From contig CP136572.1 in assembly GCA_035193785.1 (NCBI GenBank), positions 3,732,578 through 3,796,577 on the forward strand: a stretch of 64,000 nucleotides of DNA, in the 5' to 3' direction. Source of the DNA: Planktothrix sp. GU0601_MAG3 (lineage in GTDB: Bacteria; Cyanobacteriota; Cyanobacteriia; Cyanobacteriales; Microcoleaceae). Below the pieces are notes generated by a model. It saw only the letters and a list, made by a program, of their open reading frames with translations, searched no databases and had not been told where the DNA came from. The position numbers and the translations under genes were made by a program. Each line of letters opens with the position of its first letter. Position 1 is the stretch's first letter. Below, one piece after another: positions 28,286-40,689 of this stretch.

Positions 28286-30782
28286 CTAACTTCTGAGACT
28301 GACGTTAAATTGTTGCACTAAAGCCTCTCGGACTTTTTGTTGGAAGGGGTCAATATCGGCATCAGTTAAGGTGCGATCGCTCACCCGATAAACCAAACGA
28401 AAAGCCAAACTGCGCTGACCTTCAGGTACATTTTTTCCGCGATATTCGTCGAAAACTTCCACCGATTCTAATAAATTCCCGGCGGCTTTGGTAATACAGC
28501 GTTGAATATCTGATACAGGTATCTCGACGGGGACGAAAAAGGCAATATCTCGATCACTCGCAGGGAAAGCGGAAAAGGGTTTGAACTTCCGAACTAAATT
28601 AGAGGGACGATTCATCCCTTCTAATAATACCGATAACTGAAATTCAAAGGCATAAACTTGATTCGGTAAATCCTGTTTTTGACAGAGTTGCGGATGCAAT
28701 TGTCCGAAAATTCCTAACCGTTTTCCCTGTAACCATAGGGAAGCTGTGCGTCCCGGGTGTAACAATTCTAGGGTAGATTCCGGTTTATATTCAACGGTTA
28801 AATTCAAGCGCTGAAATACCGCTTCTAAAATCCCTTTAGCTTCAAACCAAGTCATCGGTTGCTCTTGACCACTGCGAACCCAACGGCCAAAACTGCGATC
28901 GCCTCCCATAATACCAGCAACGGCATCTTGTTCTTTATATTCATCTCCTTCTTTCCAGAAAATTCGACCGATTTCAAAGCCATTTAACGGCCCATTGCCA
29001 TTTTCTAAATTATAAACAAAGGCATCAATTAATCCGGTTAACATTTCGGTGCGTAAAGCCGAATATTCCACAAACAAAGGATTGTCTAAAACAACTTGAT
29101 TATCCCCTGCTGTTTTAACTAAGGAATAGTGCATTAATTCCGTTAATCCTTCGCCGCGAAAAGCCGCCCGAATTTGTCGCGTTGCTACCTGTTCTAAAGG
29201 TAGATAACCCGATACTCCTTGACTGGGTAAAGTGTCACGGAATTGATCATATCCGTAGAGACGGGCAACTTCTTCGATTAAGTCGATTTCTCGTTCTAAA
29301 TCTCGATAACGATAGGGGGGAACCGTAACTTGCCAAACCACAGAATTATTCTGAGACTCCGTAGGGGCCGGTTCCGTGATATCTTTACTAATTGCCGGAA
29401 TCTCGATGAACCTGCCCCTACATTGACATCCTAAAGCCGTTAGGGTTTTCTCTACTTCTTCGGGTAATAAATAGGGAGATTCGGCTCGTTTTAGTTGTCC
29501 TAAAATAGCATTAATTCTATCTAATCTTAATGTAATTTCAGGGGTCTGAATTTCTATAGGACTGCGATCAATTTCTTGACAAGTTGCATTCCCAGAAGCT
29601 AAATCTTTTAGTAATAAAATAGCCCGCCGACAAGCTAATTCTAATTCCGCCTGATTGACTCCGCGTTCATAACGGATAGATGCCTCACTGCGTAGCCCTT
29701 GTACCCGGGCGGAACGACGAATATTAATCGGGGAAAAAATCGCTGCTTCTAACAATAAATTCTGGGTTTCCGCAAAAACTTCTGTTTCTTCACCTCCCAT
29801 AACTCCAGCTAAAGCCACGGGATAATCATTGGCGGTAATTAACAGATTTTGCCCCTGTAATTTCCGAGTTTGACCATCTAAGGTTTTAATAGATTCATCC
29901 GGTTTAGCAAACCGCACACCCACGGTTAAATCTTGAGAGTTAGTCACCTGTTTGAGCCGATCTAAATCAAAGGCATGAAGCGGTTGTCCCCATTCCAATA
30001 AAATATAATTAGTGACATCTACCACATTATTAATGGGACGCACTCCCGCCGCTTGTAAACGCCGTTGTAACCAATCGGGAGAAGGAGCAATTTTTACCCC
30101 TTTAATAATCGTGCCAATATAGATGGGACAGGCTGTTTTATCAGCAATTTCAATTGCTAAAGATTCCGATCCATCCTGCTGTGTAATTAACAATTCTGGA
30201 GGTTGAGGAATTCTTAAACTAGCCCCGGTTAATGCGGCAATTTCCCGGGCAATTCCCACCATACTTAAGCCATCTGCCCGGTTAGCCGTGGCGGTGACAT
30301 CTAAAATCACATCATCTAACCCTAATAGGGGTCTAATATCACTGCCTAACGCCGGATTTTCCAGGTTAAAACTGTGGATTCCCGCAGATTCTTTTTCTAA
30401 TCCCAATTCAGATAAAGAACAAATCATTCCCTCTGAAGGAACGCCCCGCAATTTCGTTTTTTTCAGGGTTAAATTAATTTTAGGTAAATAGGTTTCCTAG
30501 GGTTGCCACAGCCACCACCATTCCCGCCGCCGCATTGGGTGCTCCACAGACAATATTTAGGGGTTCAGACCCCCCAATATCCACTTGACAAACCCTTAAT
30601 TTATCGGCATTGGGGTGTTGTTCGGCTTGGAGAATTTTTCCTAGGACAACCCCATCGGCCCAGGAACGTAAATCTTCAATATCTTCCACTTCAAACCCCG
30701 CCACCGTCAGGGTTTCTGCCAACTCTTGGGGAGTGATCCCAATATCTACCAGTTCTTGTAACCAATTTAGAGAAATACGCAT
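28286..30782 (-). CDS. pheT: Phenylalanine--tRNA ligase beta subunit (apparent +1 error at ~30494)
   Basis: [54 protein letters not shown]. Confidence 0.97.
29361..29421. repeat. REP-like inverted-repeat element inserted in-frame in pheT
   Basis: gtaggggccggttc...gaacctgcccctac terminal inverted repeats. Confidence 0.8.
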
Positions 30783-31076
30783 CGTGATTCGCTTTCAATG
30801 TTCCTAATCCATTGTTGCATCAAGTCGGGTGTTAGGTGCTGATTATTAAGGTGTTGAAGCTCAACCACTGAAACTCTAAGGATTTTGTGTTATAATCCCG
30901 GTGTCGATGCCTTTAAATATTGCCACAATCGCAAGATTAATAGAAAACGAATGTTTATGCTCCAAGGATGGCATAGTTGTTAAGCAATAAGTAGAAATAC
31001 AAATCTAATATCGTATCGTCCGTCGTGTGGGTTTTGCAAGTTCCCTGTTCACTGGTAAAAAGCAATCTCAAACATC

Positions 31077-32766
31077 ATGAGCTACTGTGTTAATCCAGCC
31101 TGCCCTCAACCTGAAAATTTAGATGATGCCATCAAGTGCAAGGCTTGTGGTTCAAAATTGCTGCTGAGAAATCGCTATCAGGTGATTCAACCTTTGGGCA
31201 AAGGCGGATTTGGAGCAACATTTCTGGCTGCGGATGTGTCCCTACCCGGAAACCCGAATTGTGTGGTCAAACAACTGCGACCCACGGCGACATCGGCTCG
31301 AATTTTAGAGATGGCAAGGGAGTTATTCCAACGGGAAGCAAAAACCCTGGGTAAAATTGGTGATCATCCTCAGATTCCCCGCCTGATTGATTATTTTATC
31401 GGGGGAAAACAATTTTATCTAGTACAGGAATATGTAGATGGCTATACCTTAAAACAAGAGGTCAAGGAAAATGGGGTTTTTGATGAAGCCCAAGCCAAAA
31501 AATTTCTGCGGGAAATTCTTCCCATATTAGATTATATTCACAGTCAAGAAGTAATTCACCGAGATATTAAACCTGCTAATATTTTACGTCGGCGCATTGA
31601 TCAGAATTTGGTTTTAATTGACTTTGGAGCCGTTAAAGATCAGGTTAACCAAGCTACAATGATGGGAACTGGACAGACGGCTTTTACTAATTTTGCCATA
31701 GGCACATCGGGGTTTGCTCCCCCCGAACAGATGGCTTTGCGTCCAGTTTATGCCAGTGATATTTATGCGGTGGGAATGACCTGCGTTTATTTGATGACGG
31801 GAAAGTCTCCTAATTCCTTTGAAAGTAATCAAATTACGGGGGAAATTATATGGCAACCCCATCTGGATGTGAGTGATTTTTTTTGCAGTGTATTGCAACG
31901 AATGTTAGAATTTTTGGTGCAGTATCGCTATCAATCAGCGCAAGATGTTTTACGAGCATTAGATTCTGAATTTAGTTATGGCGGTCTTTCCGAAGGAATG
32001 GTAATGCAGCAGAAGTCTAACTCAACTTCTAACTCGAAATTACCAACTTCTAAGGATGAAACCTACTGCTCTCAATGAAAATACCGGGTTTATGTTAACT
32101 TCCGAAAAAATAGGTGAACAAATTCGGGAAAGGAAACAACGGTTAGCGAAGAAAAAATCAGGCCCCATGGGAGGGGATAAGGATGTTTATGACCAAACTG
32201 CTTTAGTGAGTGGTTTAAGTTCTACCCAAGGCGCTCCAGTCAGCATGATCCATGATTCTGGTACTAATAATAAATCTAATAATAAATTTAATTCTACTTC
32301 TGTCCCTGTAAATTCATCCTCAAAATGGAATGAAAACGCCTTAAAAACCGCTTATATAAAGGGCAGACGGGATTTTGCAGACTGTGAATTAAGTGGTTTG
32401 AATTTAGAAAATTTTGATGGGTCTGGGGCTAATTTTTACGAATCCCGTTTAAGTAATACTAATTTTCAAGGAGCCGATTTAACAGAGGCTAATTTTGGTC
32501 GAGCAAGATTGACAAATGTTAATTTCAGAAATGCTAAATTAGTTAAGGCTTATATGAGTAATGCTAATTTAGAACGGGCAGATCTTCGGGGTGCAAATTT
32601 GAAAAATGCCTGTTTAAATCGGGCTAATTTGCGAGGGGTGAATCTCTGTGGTGCTAATCTGACCGATGCCATTGTCACCGATGAACAATTAGCCATGGCT
32701 AAAATGAATGGGCGCACGATTAGACCGAACGGAAAACGAAAAGGTTGGTGGTGGTTCTGGTTTTAA
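31077..32766 (+). CDS. Ser/Thr protein kinase with C-terminal pentapeptide repeats, SpkB-like (apparent +1 error at ~32060)
   Basis: N-terminal CxxPxC..CxxC, GKGGFG, HRDIKPAN, DFG, pentapeptide tail. Confidence 0.9.
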
Positions 32767-32857
32767 AGCCGGGTAAGCTGCACAAATATTTTAACAATAT
32801 TGAAATTTCTGATAATATATAAGGTGTCTTACCCCCTGAATTGAAAACAATAGAAGT

Positions 32858-34954
32858 ATGAGTTCCACAATCACAGAAAACCCACTATTAATTGGTCAGG
32901 GATTACCCCCTTTTGCACAGATTACCCCCGATCATGTTGTCCCTGGGATCACGCAACTGTTAACAGCATTAGAACGGGATCTTACCGAGTTAGAAAATAA
33001 TGTACAACCCACTTGGAAGGATTTAGTTGAACCTTTAGAAAAACTACAGGAACGGTTAACCTGGAGTTGGGGAATTGTCGGTCATTTAATGGGAGTTAAA
33101 AATAGTCCTGAATTGAGAACAGCCCATGCAACGGTTCAGCCTAATATTGTTCAATTTATCAATAAACTCAATCAAAGTAAAGCAATTTATCAGGCTTTTA
33201 AACAGTTAAAAAATAGCGATGAATGGGATAATTTGGATTCGGCTCAACAACGAATTATTAATACCGCCCTGCGAGATGCCGAATTATCTGGAGTTGGATT
33301 AGAAGGCGAAGATCGCGATCGCTTTAATGCCATTCAGTTAGAATTAGCCGAGCTTTCTACTAAGTTTTCTAATCACGTTTTAGATGCGACAAAAGCCTTT
33401 AGTTTAACCCTAACAACACCGGAAGAAATTGCCGGACTACCCCCAAGTTTACTCAGTTTAGCTGCTCAAGCCGCCCGTTCTTCGGGGTCAGAAAATGCCA
33501 CCGCCGAAAACGGCCCCTGGAAGATTACTTTAGATTTACCCAGTTTCGGCCCCTTCTTAAAATATAGTCAGAGGAGAGACCTACGGGAACAGGTTTATCG
33601 CGGTTATATTAGTCGGGCGTCGAGTGGAGAATGGAATAATTTTCCCTTAATTGAACGAATTTTAGAACTCAAAAAACAGAAAGCTAATATTCTCGGTTTC
33701 AGTAGTTTTGCCGAACTGAGTTTAAAGAGCAAAATGGCTCCCGATGTGGAAGCCGTAGAAGCCTTATTAGAAGAATTACGCCTTGTCAGTTATCAAGCAA
33801 CTCAACAGGAATTTGAAGATTTAAAAGCCTTTGCACGGTCAAAAGGAGCCGCAGAAGCCGATAATTTAAAACATTGGGATATTGGTTTTTGGTCAGAGCG
33901 ACAACGGGAGGAAAAATTTGCCTTTACGGATGAAGAATTACGGCCCTATTTTGCTTTACCCCAAGTCTTAGATGGGTTATTTGGATTAGTGCAACGTATC
34001 TTTGGAATCACGATTACTCCCGCCGATGGTCAAGCTCCGATTTGGCATCCAGAAGTGCGCTATTTTCAAGTAGTTAATGCCAGTGGAAATCCCATCGCAT
34101 TTTTCTATTTAGATGCCTATAGTCGCCCCGCAGAGAAACGCGGAGGAGCCTGGATGGATGACTGTATTAACCGGGCTAAATTCGTCGAAAATGGCGAAAC
34201 TCAAGTCCGATTACCCGTGGCTTATTTGCAATGTAATCAAACACCCCCGGTGGATGATAAACCCAGTTTAATGACCTTTGGAGAGGTGGAAACCCTATTT
34301 CATGAATTTGGTCACGGTCTGCAACATATGTTAACCACCGTTGACTATCCTGGGGCTGCGGGAATTAATAATGTGGAATGGGATGCGGTGGAATTGCCTA
34401 GCCAATTTATGGAAAATTGGTGTTATGATCAAGCCACATTATTTGGTATGGCAAAACATTATCAAACCGGAGAAACCTTACCCGAACATTACTATCAAAA
34501 GTTATTAGCGGCTAAAACCTATATGAGTGGGACAGCCATGTTAAGACAGCTACATTTTGCCTTTGTGGATATTGAATTGCATCACCGTTATCAACCCGGA
34601 GGCAATGAAACTATTAGCGATGTTCGTAACCGAATTGCCGAGAATACTATGGTTTTAAAACCCATAGCTGAAGATGCGTTTTTATGCGCCTTTGGTCATA
34701 TTTTTGCCGGGGGTTATGCCGCCGGATATTATAGTTATAAATGGGCAGAAGTATTAAGTGCTGATGCCTTTGCCGCCTTTGAAGAAGCCGGATTAGATAA
34801 TGAAAATGCGGTGTCTGAAACGGGGCAACGCTTCCGAGATACGGTATTAGCCCTAGGGGGAAGTTTGCATCCGATGGAAGTATTTAAAGCCTTCCGAGGA
34901 CGGGAACCGAGCACAAAACCTTTATTAATTCATAGTGGTTTAGTTGCGGCTTAG
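32858..34954 (+). CDS. prlC: Oligopeptidase A (M3 family)
   Basis: KRGGAWM, FHEFGHGLQH, DAVELPSQFMENW, GYAAGYYSYKWAE. Confidence 0.95.
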   Translation: MSSTITENPLLIGQGLPPFAQITPDHVVPGITQLLTALERDLTELENNVQPTWKDLVEPLEKLQERLTWSWGIVGHLMGVKNSPELRTAHATVQPNIVQFINKLNQSKAIYQAFKQLKNSDEWDNLDSAQQRIINTALRDAELSGVGLEGEDRDRFNAIQLELAELSTKFSNHVLDATKAFSLTLTTPEEIAGLPPSLLSLAAQAARSSGSENATAENGPWKITLDLPSFGPFLKYSQRRDLREQVYRGYISRASSGEWNNFPLIERILELKKQKANILGFSSFAELSLKSKMAPDVEAVEALLEELRLVSYQATQQEFEDLKAFARSKGAAEADNLKHWDIGFWSERQREEKFAFTDEELRPYFALPQVLDGLFGLVQRIFGITITPADGQAPIWHPEVRYFQVVNASGNPIAFFYLDAYSRPAEKRGGAWMDDCINRAKFVENGETQVRLPVAYLQCNQTPPVDDKPSLMTFGEVETLFHEFGHGLQHMLTTVDYPGAAGINNVEWDAVELPSQFMENWCYDQATLFGMAKHYQTGETLPEHYYQKLLAAKTYMSGTAMLRQLHFAFVDIELHHRYQPGGNETISDVRNRIAENTMVLKPIAEDAFLCAFGHIFAGGYAAGYYSYKWAEVLSADAFAAFEEAGLDNENAVSETGQRFRDTVLALGGSLHPMEVFKAFRGREPSTKPLLIHSGLVAA

Positions 34955-35088
34955 TAATCAGTCATCAGTGTAGAGACGTGCCATGGCGCGTCTGTACCAG
35001 TCATCAGTTTAATAGTTATCAGTTAAGAAGTTAATAAATCAACTATTAACTGTTAATAGTTAACTGATGACTGATGACTGACCACAGC

Positions 35089-37240
35089 TTATTCCAAGAA
35101 TAAATTAGGATCGGGTGCATTATTTCCACCACTGGGGGCGGGTTCCGGTGCAGGTTCAGCCGGGGCGGGTTTCCGGCGGGGCGGGTGCGATTTCCTGAGC
35201 CGGAGGTGCTGCGGGTTCGGAATAACTAGGTGCGGAATTGTTAGAATAGCCTGAATCATCCGAGTAGCTAGGTTCAGAATAACTAGGCTCGGAATAACTA
35301 GGCTCGGAATAACTGGGTTCGGAATAACTGGGTTCGGAATAACTGGGTTCGGAATAACTGGGTTCGGAATAGTTAGAATAGCCCGAATCATCCGAGTAGG
35401 AATCTTGATATACGGGACGGGCGGACTCCGGGGGGGCCTGTTGTACCGCCACCGCCGCATCCCTTTCGGCTGCCCAACCTGCCACCGCCCCTTGAGCTTC
35501 AGAATATAATGCCCGACCATAGCGAATTTGAGAAGCTTCGGCGATCGCCCCACTCAGATTTCCCTTTTTCGCTAAATTATAAGCTCGATCCAAAATTGGC
35601 CGATCTTCGGCGGTTTGAACCGTGGCTACCCAACCAGAAACCTTATCCTGTGCCTGCTTATACAGCGCTCGACGGCTGCCAATTTTGGAAGCCTTATCAA
35701 TTGCCGCACTCAGGTTACCCGCCTTGGCCAAGGCTAAAGCTTCATTCAGAATAGGTTGATCTTCAATAATCTCAATCCGTTTGTTCCATTCGGCAATTAA
35801 AGTTTGGGCTTCCACCCGCAGGGGACGGCCCAGGGCCACCTGAAGGGCTTGTTGTACCGCCAGGGAATATCCTTGGGGGGTTTCCGTCTGGGCTAACCGT
35901 TGGGCTAAGGCCAGATAGGGTCGATCCTCAAGACGTTGGATTTCCTTACGCCAATAGGCGACTAGGGTTTGAGCATGAACCCGCCGAGGCTGTTGGGGGG
36001 TAATCATTTGAGCTTGATCAATCGCCAATTCTAAGGCAAAAGGATGCTGAACCGTTGCCACCGCCGTCGCCAACTGTAAATTAATTAGATCTTGGATTTG
36101 TCCCGAGATTTCTTTGGGGGTGACTTTGGCTTCCTCATAGGGAAGGGGCCGATTGCCCATTTGCTCGAGGGTTGCTTGTCCTTCCCGCAGAATCGCTATT
36201 TGTTGCCAAATGGGTTTGCTACTGGCTTGATTCCAACTGAGGGCTTTCACTTGCGCCATTAATATTAAATTTTGCGCTTCTGAATATAAAGGGGAATAGT
36301 TAGGAACTAAACCCGCAATTTTTGTCAGACCGTCTATATTTTTTTCCTTTAATTGTTTAGCGGCTAAATCGAGTAAAGATCGACTCCAATTTTTAATTTC
36401 TTTAATTGCACCCGCTTGAATATAAAGTTTCTGATCAATTTGATGGGCTAAGGCGATCGCTTCGGCTAATTTTTCTGGGGTGTTTTCCTTAGCCAACTCC
36501 CGGGCTTCATTCAGACGTTGATTCCCTTGACGCTCCAAACTCAAACGATCCATAACTTCATTAAAGCGTTTTTCACTCCAATGACTATTATTTAATTTAG
36601 ATAAAGCCTGGGCATATTCAAAAGTTTTACTCCAATCTAATGCCTTCATTGCTGCTTGGGCTTTGTCATAAATTTTTTGCCCTTGATCCCAATTATTTTT
36701 CCATCCCTCAATGGCAACAGCAACCAACTCATAGGCGGGGGTATTTTTCGGGACAATATTAACAATCGCTAAGGCATCCTCTAAATTTCCCGTTTCAATC
36801 TTCTGCTCTGCAATAGTAATTAAAGTTTGTGACCACTCCTTCATTTTTTGCTGGGCGAGTCCCTGGAGGGGATGGTCAGCCGGCCAACTAGCAATTAGGG
36901 CAAAAGCTCGACGTAAGGGTTCAATTTTGCCCGACTTTGTGGCTACATCAGCACAATACAAATGTTCGCTATCGGGAGATAGGGACGAAATATCCTCACA
37001 GTTTGGGACGGGTGGCATTGTCAATAACCACAATAACGCCCCTGTCCCCATCGTCCCAAATCCCAGTAAGACAATTAGCCACAGAAACGGCCATCCCCAA
37101 AACCAAGCCGGAAGTTTCAACGGAATTTTTTTCTGGGTCTTTGCTGTTTCCTCTACCGGGGTTTCTAAAGCATTTTCCGATAGAGTGGGACTCGAAACTT
37201 CCTCATTGGGTTTCCGATGGAGAGACATGGGTTTTGTCAA
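35089..37240 (-). CDS. Single-pass membrane protein with helical repeats and a C-terminal YSEPS/Pro-rich tail (apparent +1 error at ~35171)
   Basis: TM segment near the N-terminus, Ala/Trp helical repeats, (YSEPS)n. Confidence 0.8.
35220..35396 (-). repeat. Coding 15-bp tandem repeat (YSEPS) flanked by duplicated YSDDSGYSN
   Basis: ggaataactgggttc units. Confidence 0.85.
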
Positions 37241-37296
37241 ACTGTGGCATTGTCATGACTTCGCCTTATTCGGTACGATCCTTTAAAGTTGCCTTA

Positions 37297-37352
37297 TTGA
37301 CATCCTTACCGCCCTAAAAGTGGGACAATTCCTAAACCTCGTGATTTAGGTT
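37297..37352 (-). mobile_element. Isolated IS200/IS605-type right-end remnant
   Basis: Minus strand ..GGAATTGTCCCACTTTTAGGGCGGTAAGGATGTCAA resembles the typical tnpB right-end hairpin ending in TCAA. Confidence 0.45.
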
Positions 37353-37558
37353 TGGTGCTTTTTTGCAACTGTCTCCACATTCTAATACAAAGTCTAACTA
37401 GGAAGTTAGAGATTTTAGACCTAATTTTTCGATAATAGTGGGAAGGATTGATATATCCCCGAGTATTTGTGGTGCTGTTATTCAAACCTCTGTTTGCCCC
37501 AGAGTAGCTTAAACTAAGAAGATGTATCCTCTAAATACCCATCTTTATATTATCAGTA

Positions 37559-40115
37559 GTGACAATGATCACCGCCCCATGCAATCCAATTCTCTCAATT
37601 CCTCTTGTTCTCTCCTCGATTCCAATTTTAATTGAAAGTGTTATACCAGACATTTTCAATATTCTATTTAATGGGTCTAGTTTTATTCCCCATGGTCATT
37701 GCTTTCTGTGGAAACCAGGACTGGTGTGGATGCACGTTAGTTCTGATTCCATGATTGCTTTAGCCTATCTTTCTATTTCCATTACTTTGGTTTATTTCGT
37801 CCATAAATCCCGTCGAGCAATTCCTTTTCATTGGATGTTTTTAGCCTTTGGCACTTTTATTATTGCCTGTGGAATTACTCACGTTATGGAGGTATGGACA
37901 CTCTGGCATCCGATGTATTGGTTATCGGGAATAATTAAAGTGATTACGGCTTTTGTTTCCATCGTCACCGCTTTGGCCTTACCCCCTTTAGTTCCCCAGG
38001 CTCTAGGCTTAATTGAAACGGCTCATCTCTCGGAACAACGTCATCAAAATTTAGAGGTTGCCAATCAAAAATTAGAAATTCTTTACGGTCAACTCAAGGA
38101 ATTAGATCACCTCAAAACTCAGTTTTTTGCCAATATGAGTCATGAACTGAGAACTCCTCTTACTCTAATTCTGGGGCCAACGGAACAACTATTAAGCTCA
38201 CCAGAAATTACTCCAAAACATCATAAAAATATTAAAATTATTGAACAAAATGCTCGGTTATTACTGAAACAAGTTAATGATTTATTAGATGTTTCAAAAC
38301 TAGCGGAAGGTCAAATGCAGCTTCACAATAGTTCTGTGGATGTTGCTAATTTGGTGCGCGTAATGGCTGCAAATTTTGAGGGTTTAGCACAGCAAAAAAA
38401 TATAGAATTTGTTGTCCATACACCCGATTCGATTTTTGTAGAAATAGACGGAGAAAAAATAGAGAGAGTTTTATTAAATCTACTTTCAAATGCCTTTAAA
38501 TTTACATCCCAAGGCGGTAATATTCATTGCGGTTTATCCCTTTTCGAGAAAAATAATTCCCCTTGGGCAATGTTGCAGGTTCAAGATAATGGAATTGGGA
38601 TTCCCCCGGAACTGAGACAGGCAATTTTTGAACGGTTTCGTCAAGTTGATACGGGTTTGAGTCGGCAATTTAATGGTACGGGATTAGGACTAGCCATTGT
38701 TAAGGAATTTGTGGAACTTCAAGGCGGAAACTGTTACCGTGGAGGAAGCACCCCAGGGTGGAGCATTATTTATCGTCGAGTTCCCCTTAAAAATGATCTC
38801 TGAAACGGTGAATGAATCTTCAATTTATACTCCGATTATAGAGGATAATAAAAAGATTCAACCTTGGTTAGATGAACTAAACATTTTAGTATCTGACCAG
38901 CCTTTATCCCAGTCTTTTCAACCCGAAAAACCTTTGGTATTAGTGGTGGAAGATAATCCAACCATGAGTCACTTTGTCTGCACAACTTTAGCCTCGGACT
39001 ATAATACCGCCATTGCGACTAATGGAGAGGAAGGTTTATATCAAGCACTCGCCCTTCATCCCGATTTAATTATTAGTGATATTATGATGCCGGGCATGAG
39101 TGGGGATGAAATGGTACGGAAAGTTCGTACTTACCCAGAACTGAATATTACTCCCATTGTGATCTTAACTGCTAAAACAGATGATGAATCTCGGGTACAA
39201 TTGTTACAAAAAGGGGCGCAGGATTATTTAATGAAACCCTTTTCTGTGGAAGAATTACGGGCAAGGGTCAGCAATTGGATTATCATTAAACGGACAAGAG
39301 ATTTATTGCAGCAGGAATTAGCCACACAAAGTTTTGATTTAGAAACCTTAGCCCATGAATTAGCATTAAGAAAACGAGAATTACAACTAGCTTTAATCGA
39401 ACTACAAAAACAAACGGAAGAATTAACCGAAGCAAATAAGTTAAAAAATGAGTTTTTAGCCATCGTTTCCCATGAGTTAAGAACGCCTTTAAATGTTATT
39501 TTGGGTTGGTTATATCTCTTGCGTACCCGTTCTTTGCCCACGGAACGTTCCCAAATTGCTTTAGAAACCATGGAACGGAATGCTAAAGCTTTGACTAAAT
39601 TAATTAAAGATTTATTAGATATTTCTAATTTATTACAGGGGAAAACTAAAATTAATTTGAGTTCGGTTAATTTACAGTCGGTGATTCAATCGGTTTTACA
39701 AACATTTGAACCCTTGGCAATAACGAAGGGAATTGAACTACAAATAAAAATAGATGAATCCGTAGATAGTGTGGCTGGAGACCAGGAACGAATACAACAA
39801 ATTATAGAGCATCTTGTGGATAATGCAATTAAATTTACACCCCCAGGAGGAATGGTAACCATCAGTTTAACCGCTAATTCAACTCAAGCCTGTATTCAAA
39901 TTCAAGATACCGGTCAAGGAATTCCCCGGGATTCTTTATTATCTATTTTTGAATCTTTTCGACAAGCTGATAGTTCCATAACTCGACAACATGGAGGATT
40001 AGGGTTAGGATTAGCGATTGTCAAACAGTTAGTGACATTGCAGCAAGGAACGGTTAAAGCTGAAAGTGAAGGAGAGGGAAAAGGATCTACTTTTACTATT
40101 AATTTTTCCTTGTAG
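37559..40115 (+). CDS. Hybrid histidine kinase: ethylene-binding-like TM domain, HisKA/HATPase, REC, second HisKA/HATPase (apparent +1 error at ~38729)
   Basis: SD..IALAY.SI, IIACGITH; two SHELRTPL H-boxes; VVEDN..SDIMMP receiver; two G.GLGLAIV boxes. Confidence 0.88.
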
Positions 40116-40166
40116 AAATCTTCCTATTTAGCCTCTTTATAATTCCACTAATTAGTAATTTTAATT

Positions 40167-40451
40167 ATGAAACGCTTAGAACAATATACTGCTAAACGCC
40201 CTCAAGAAGTTTTAATTGTTAAAATTGAAATTGATGGCGAATTTGATGAAATTGCGATTTTTAAAGGATTTTCTAGTTCCTTAATGCGCCCTACTGCTTT
40301 TGATCCTGATATTCCTGTTATTCCTAATACGGCTAAAATCCTGGAAATTGATCGTCTATCGAGTCCCTACAATCCCACCAATCCCCATTATATTCAACAG
40401 GGATTAACCTGGGAAATGATGCAGGAATTATTAACAGAATTGGGACTATAA
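40167..40451 (+). CDS. Small hypothetical protein
   Basis: Intact ORF with IFKGFSSSL..PT.FDPD motif. Confidence 0.75.
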   Translation: MKRLEQYTAKRPQEVLIVKIEIDGEFDEIAIFKGFSSSLMRPTAFDPDIPVIPNTAKILEIDRLSSPYNPTNPHYIQQGLTWEMMQELLTELGL

Positions 40452-40465
40452 ACACAACGAGGATC

Positions 40466-40612
40466 AGAAACCGGGTTTCTCAATTTATCTTTCTATTGAT
40501 AGCAAAAATTATAGCAGAAACCCGGTTTCTTGGAGGTGTGGGTGAGAGTCAGAAACCGGGTTTCTTAATTTATCTTTCTGTTAGCAAAGGTTAAGACAGA
40601 AACCCGGTTTCT
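40466..40612. repeat. Two AGAAACCGGGTTTCT...AGAAACCCGGTTTCT inverted-repeat elements
   Basis: Same family at 42743-42807, ~55019-55086, 58932-58996 and 59665-59729. Confidence 0.85.
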
Positions 40613-40689
40613 TGAATTTATTGATCCGAACAGAAGCAATTACGGCTATAATTATAAATTAGCATTGTCATCTATCCCTAGGCTTAAAC

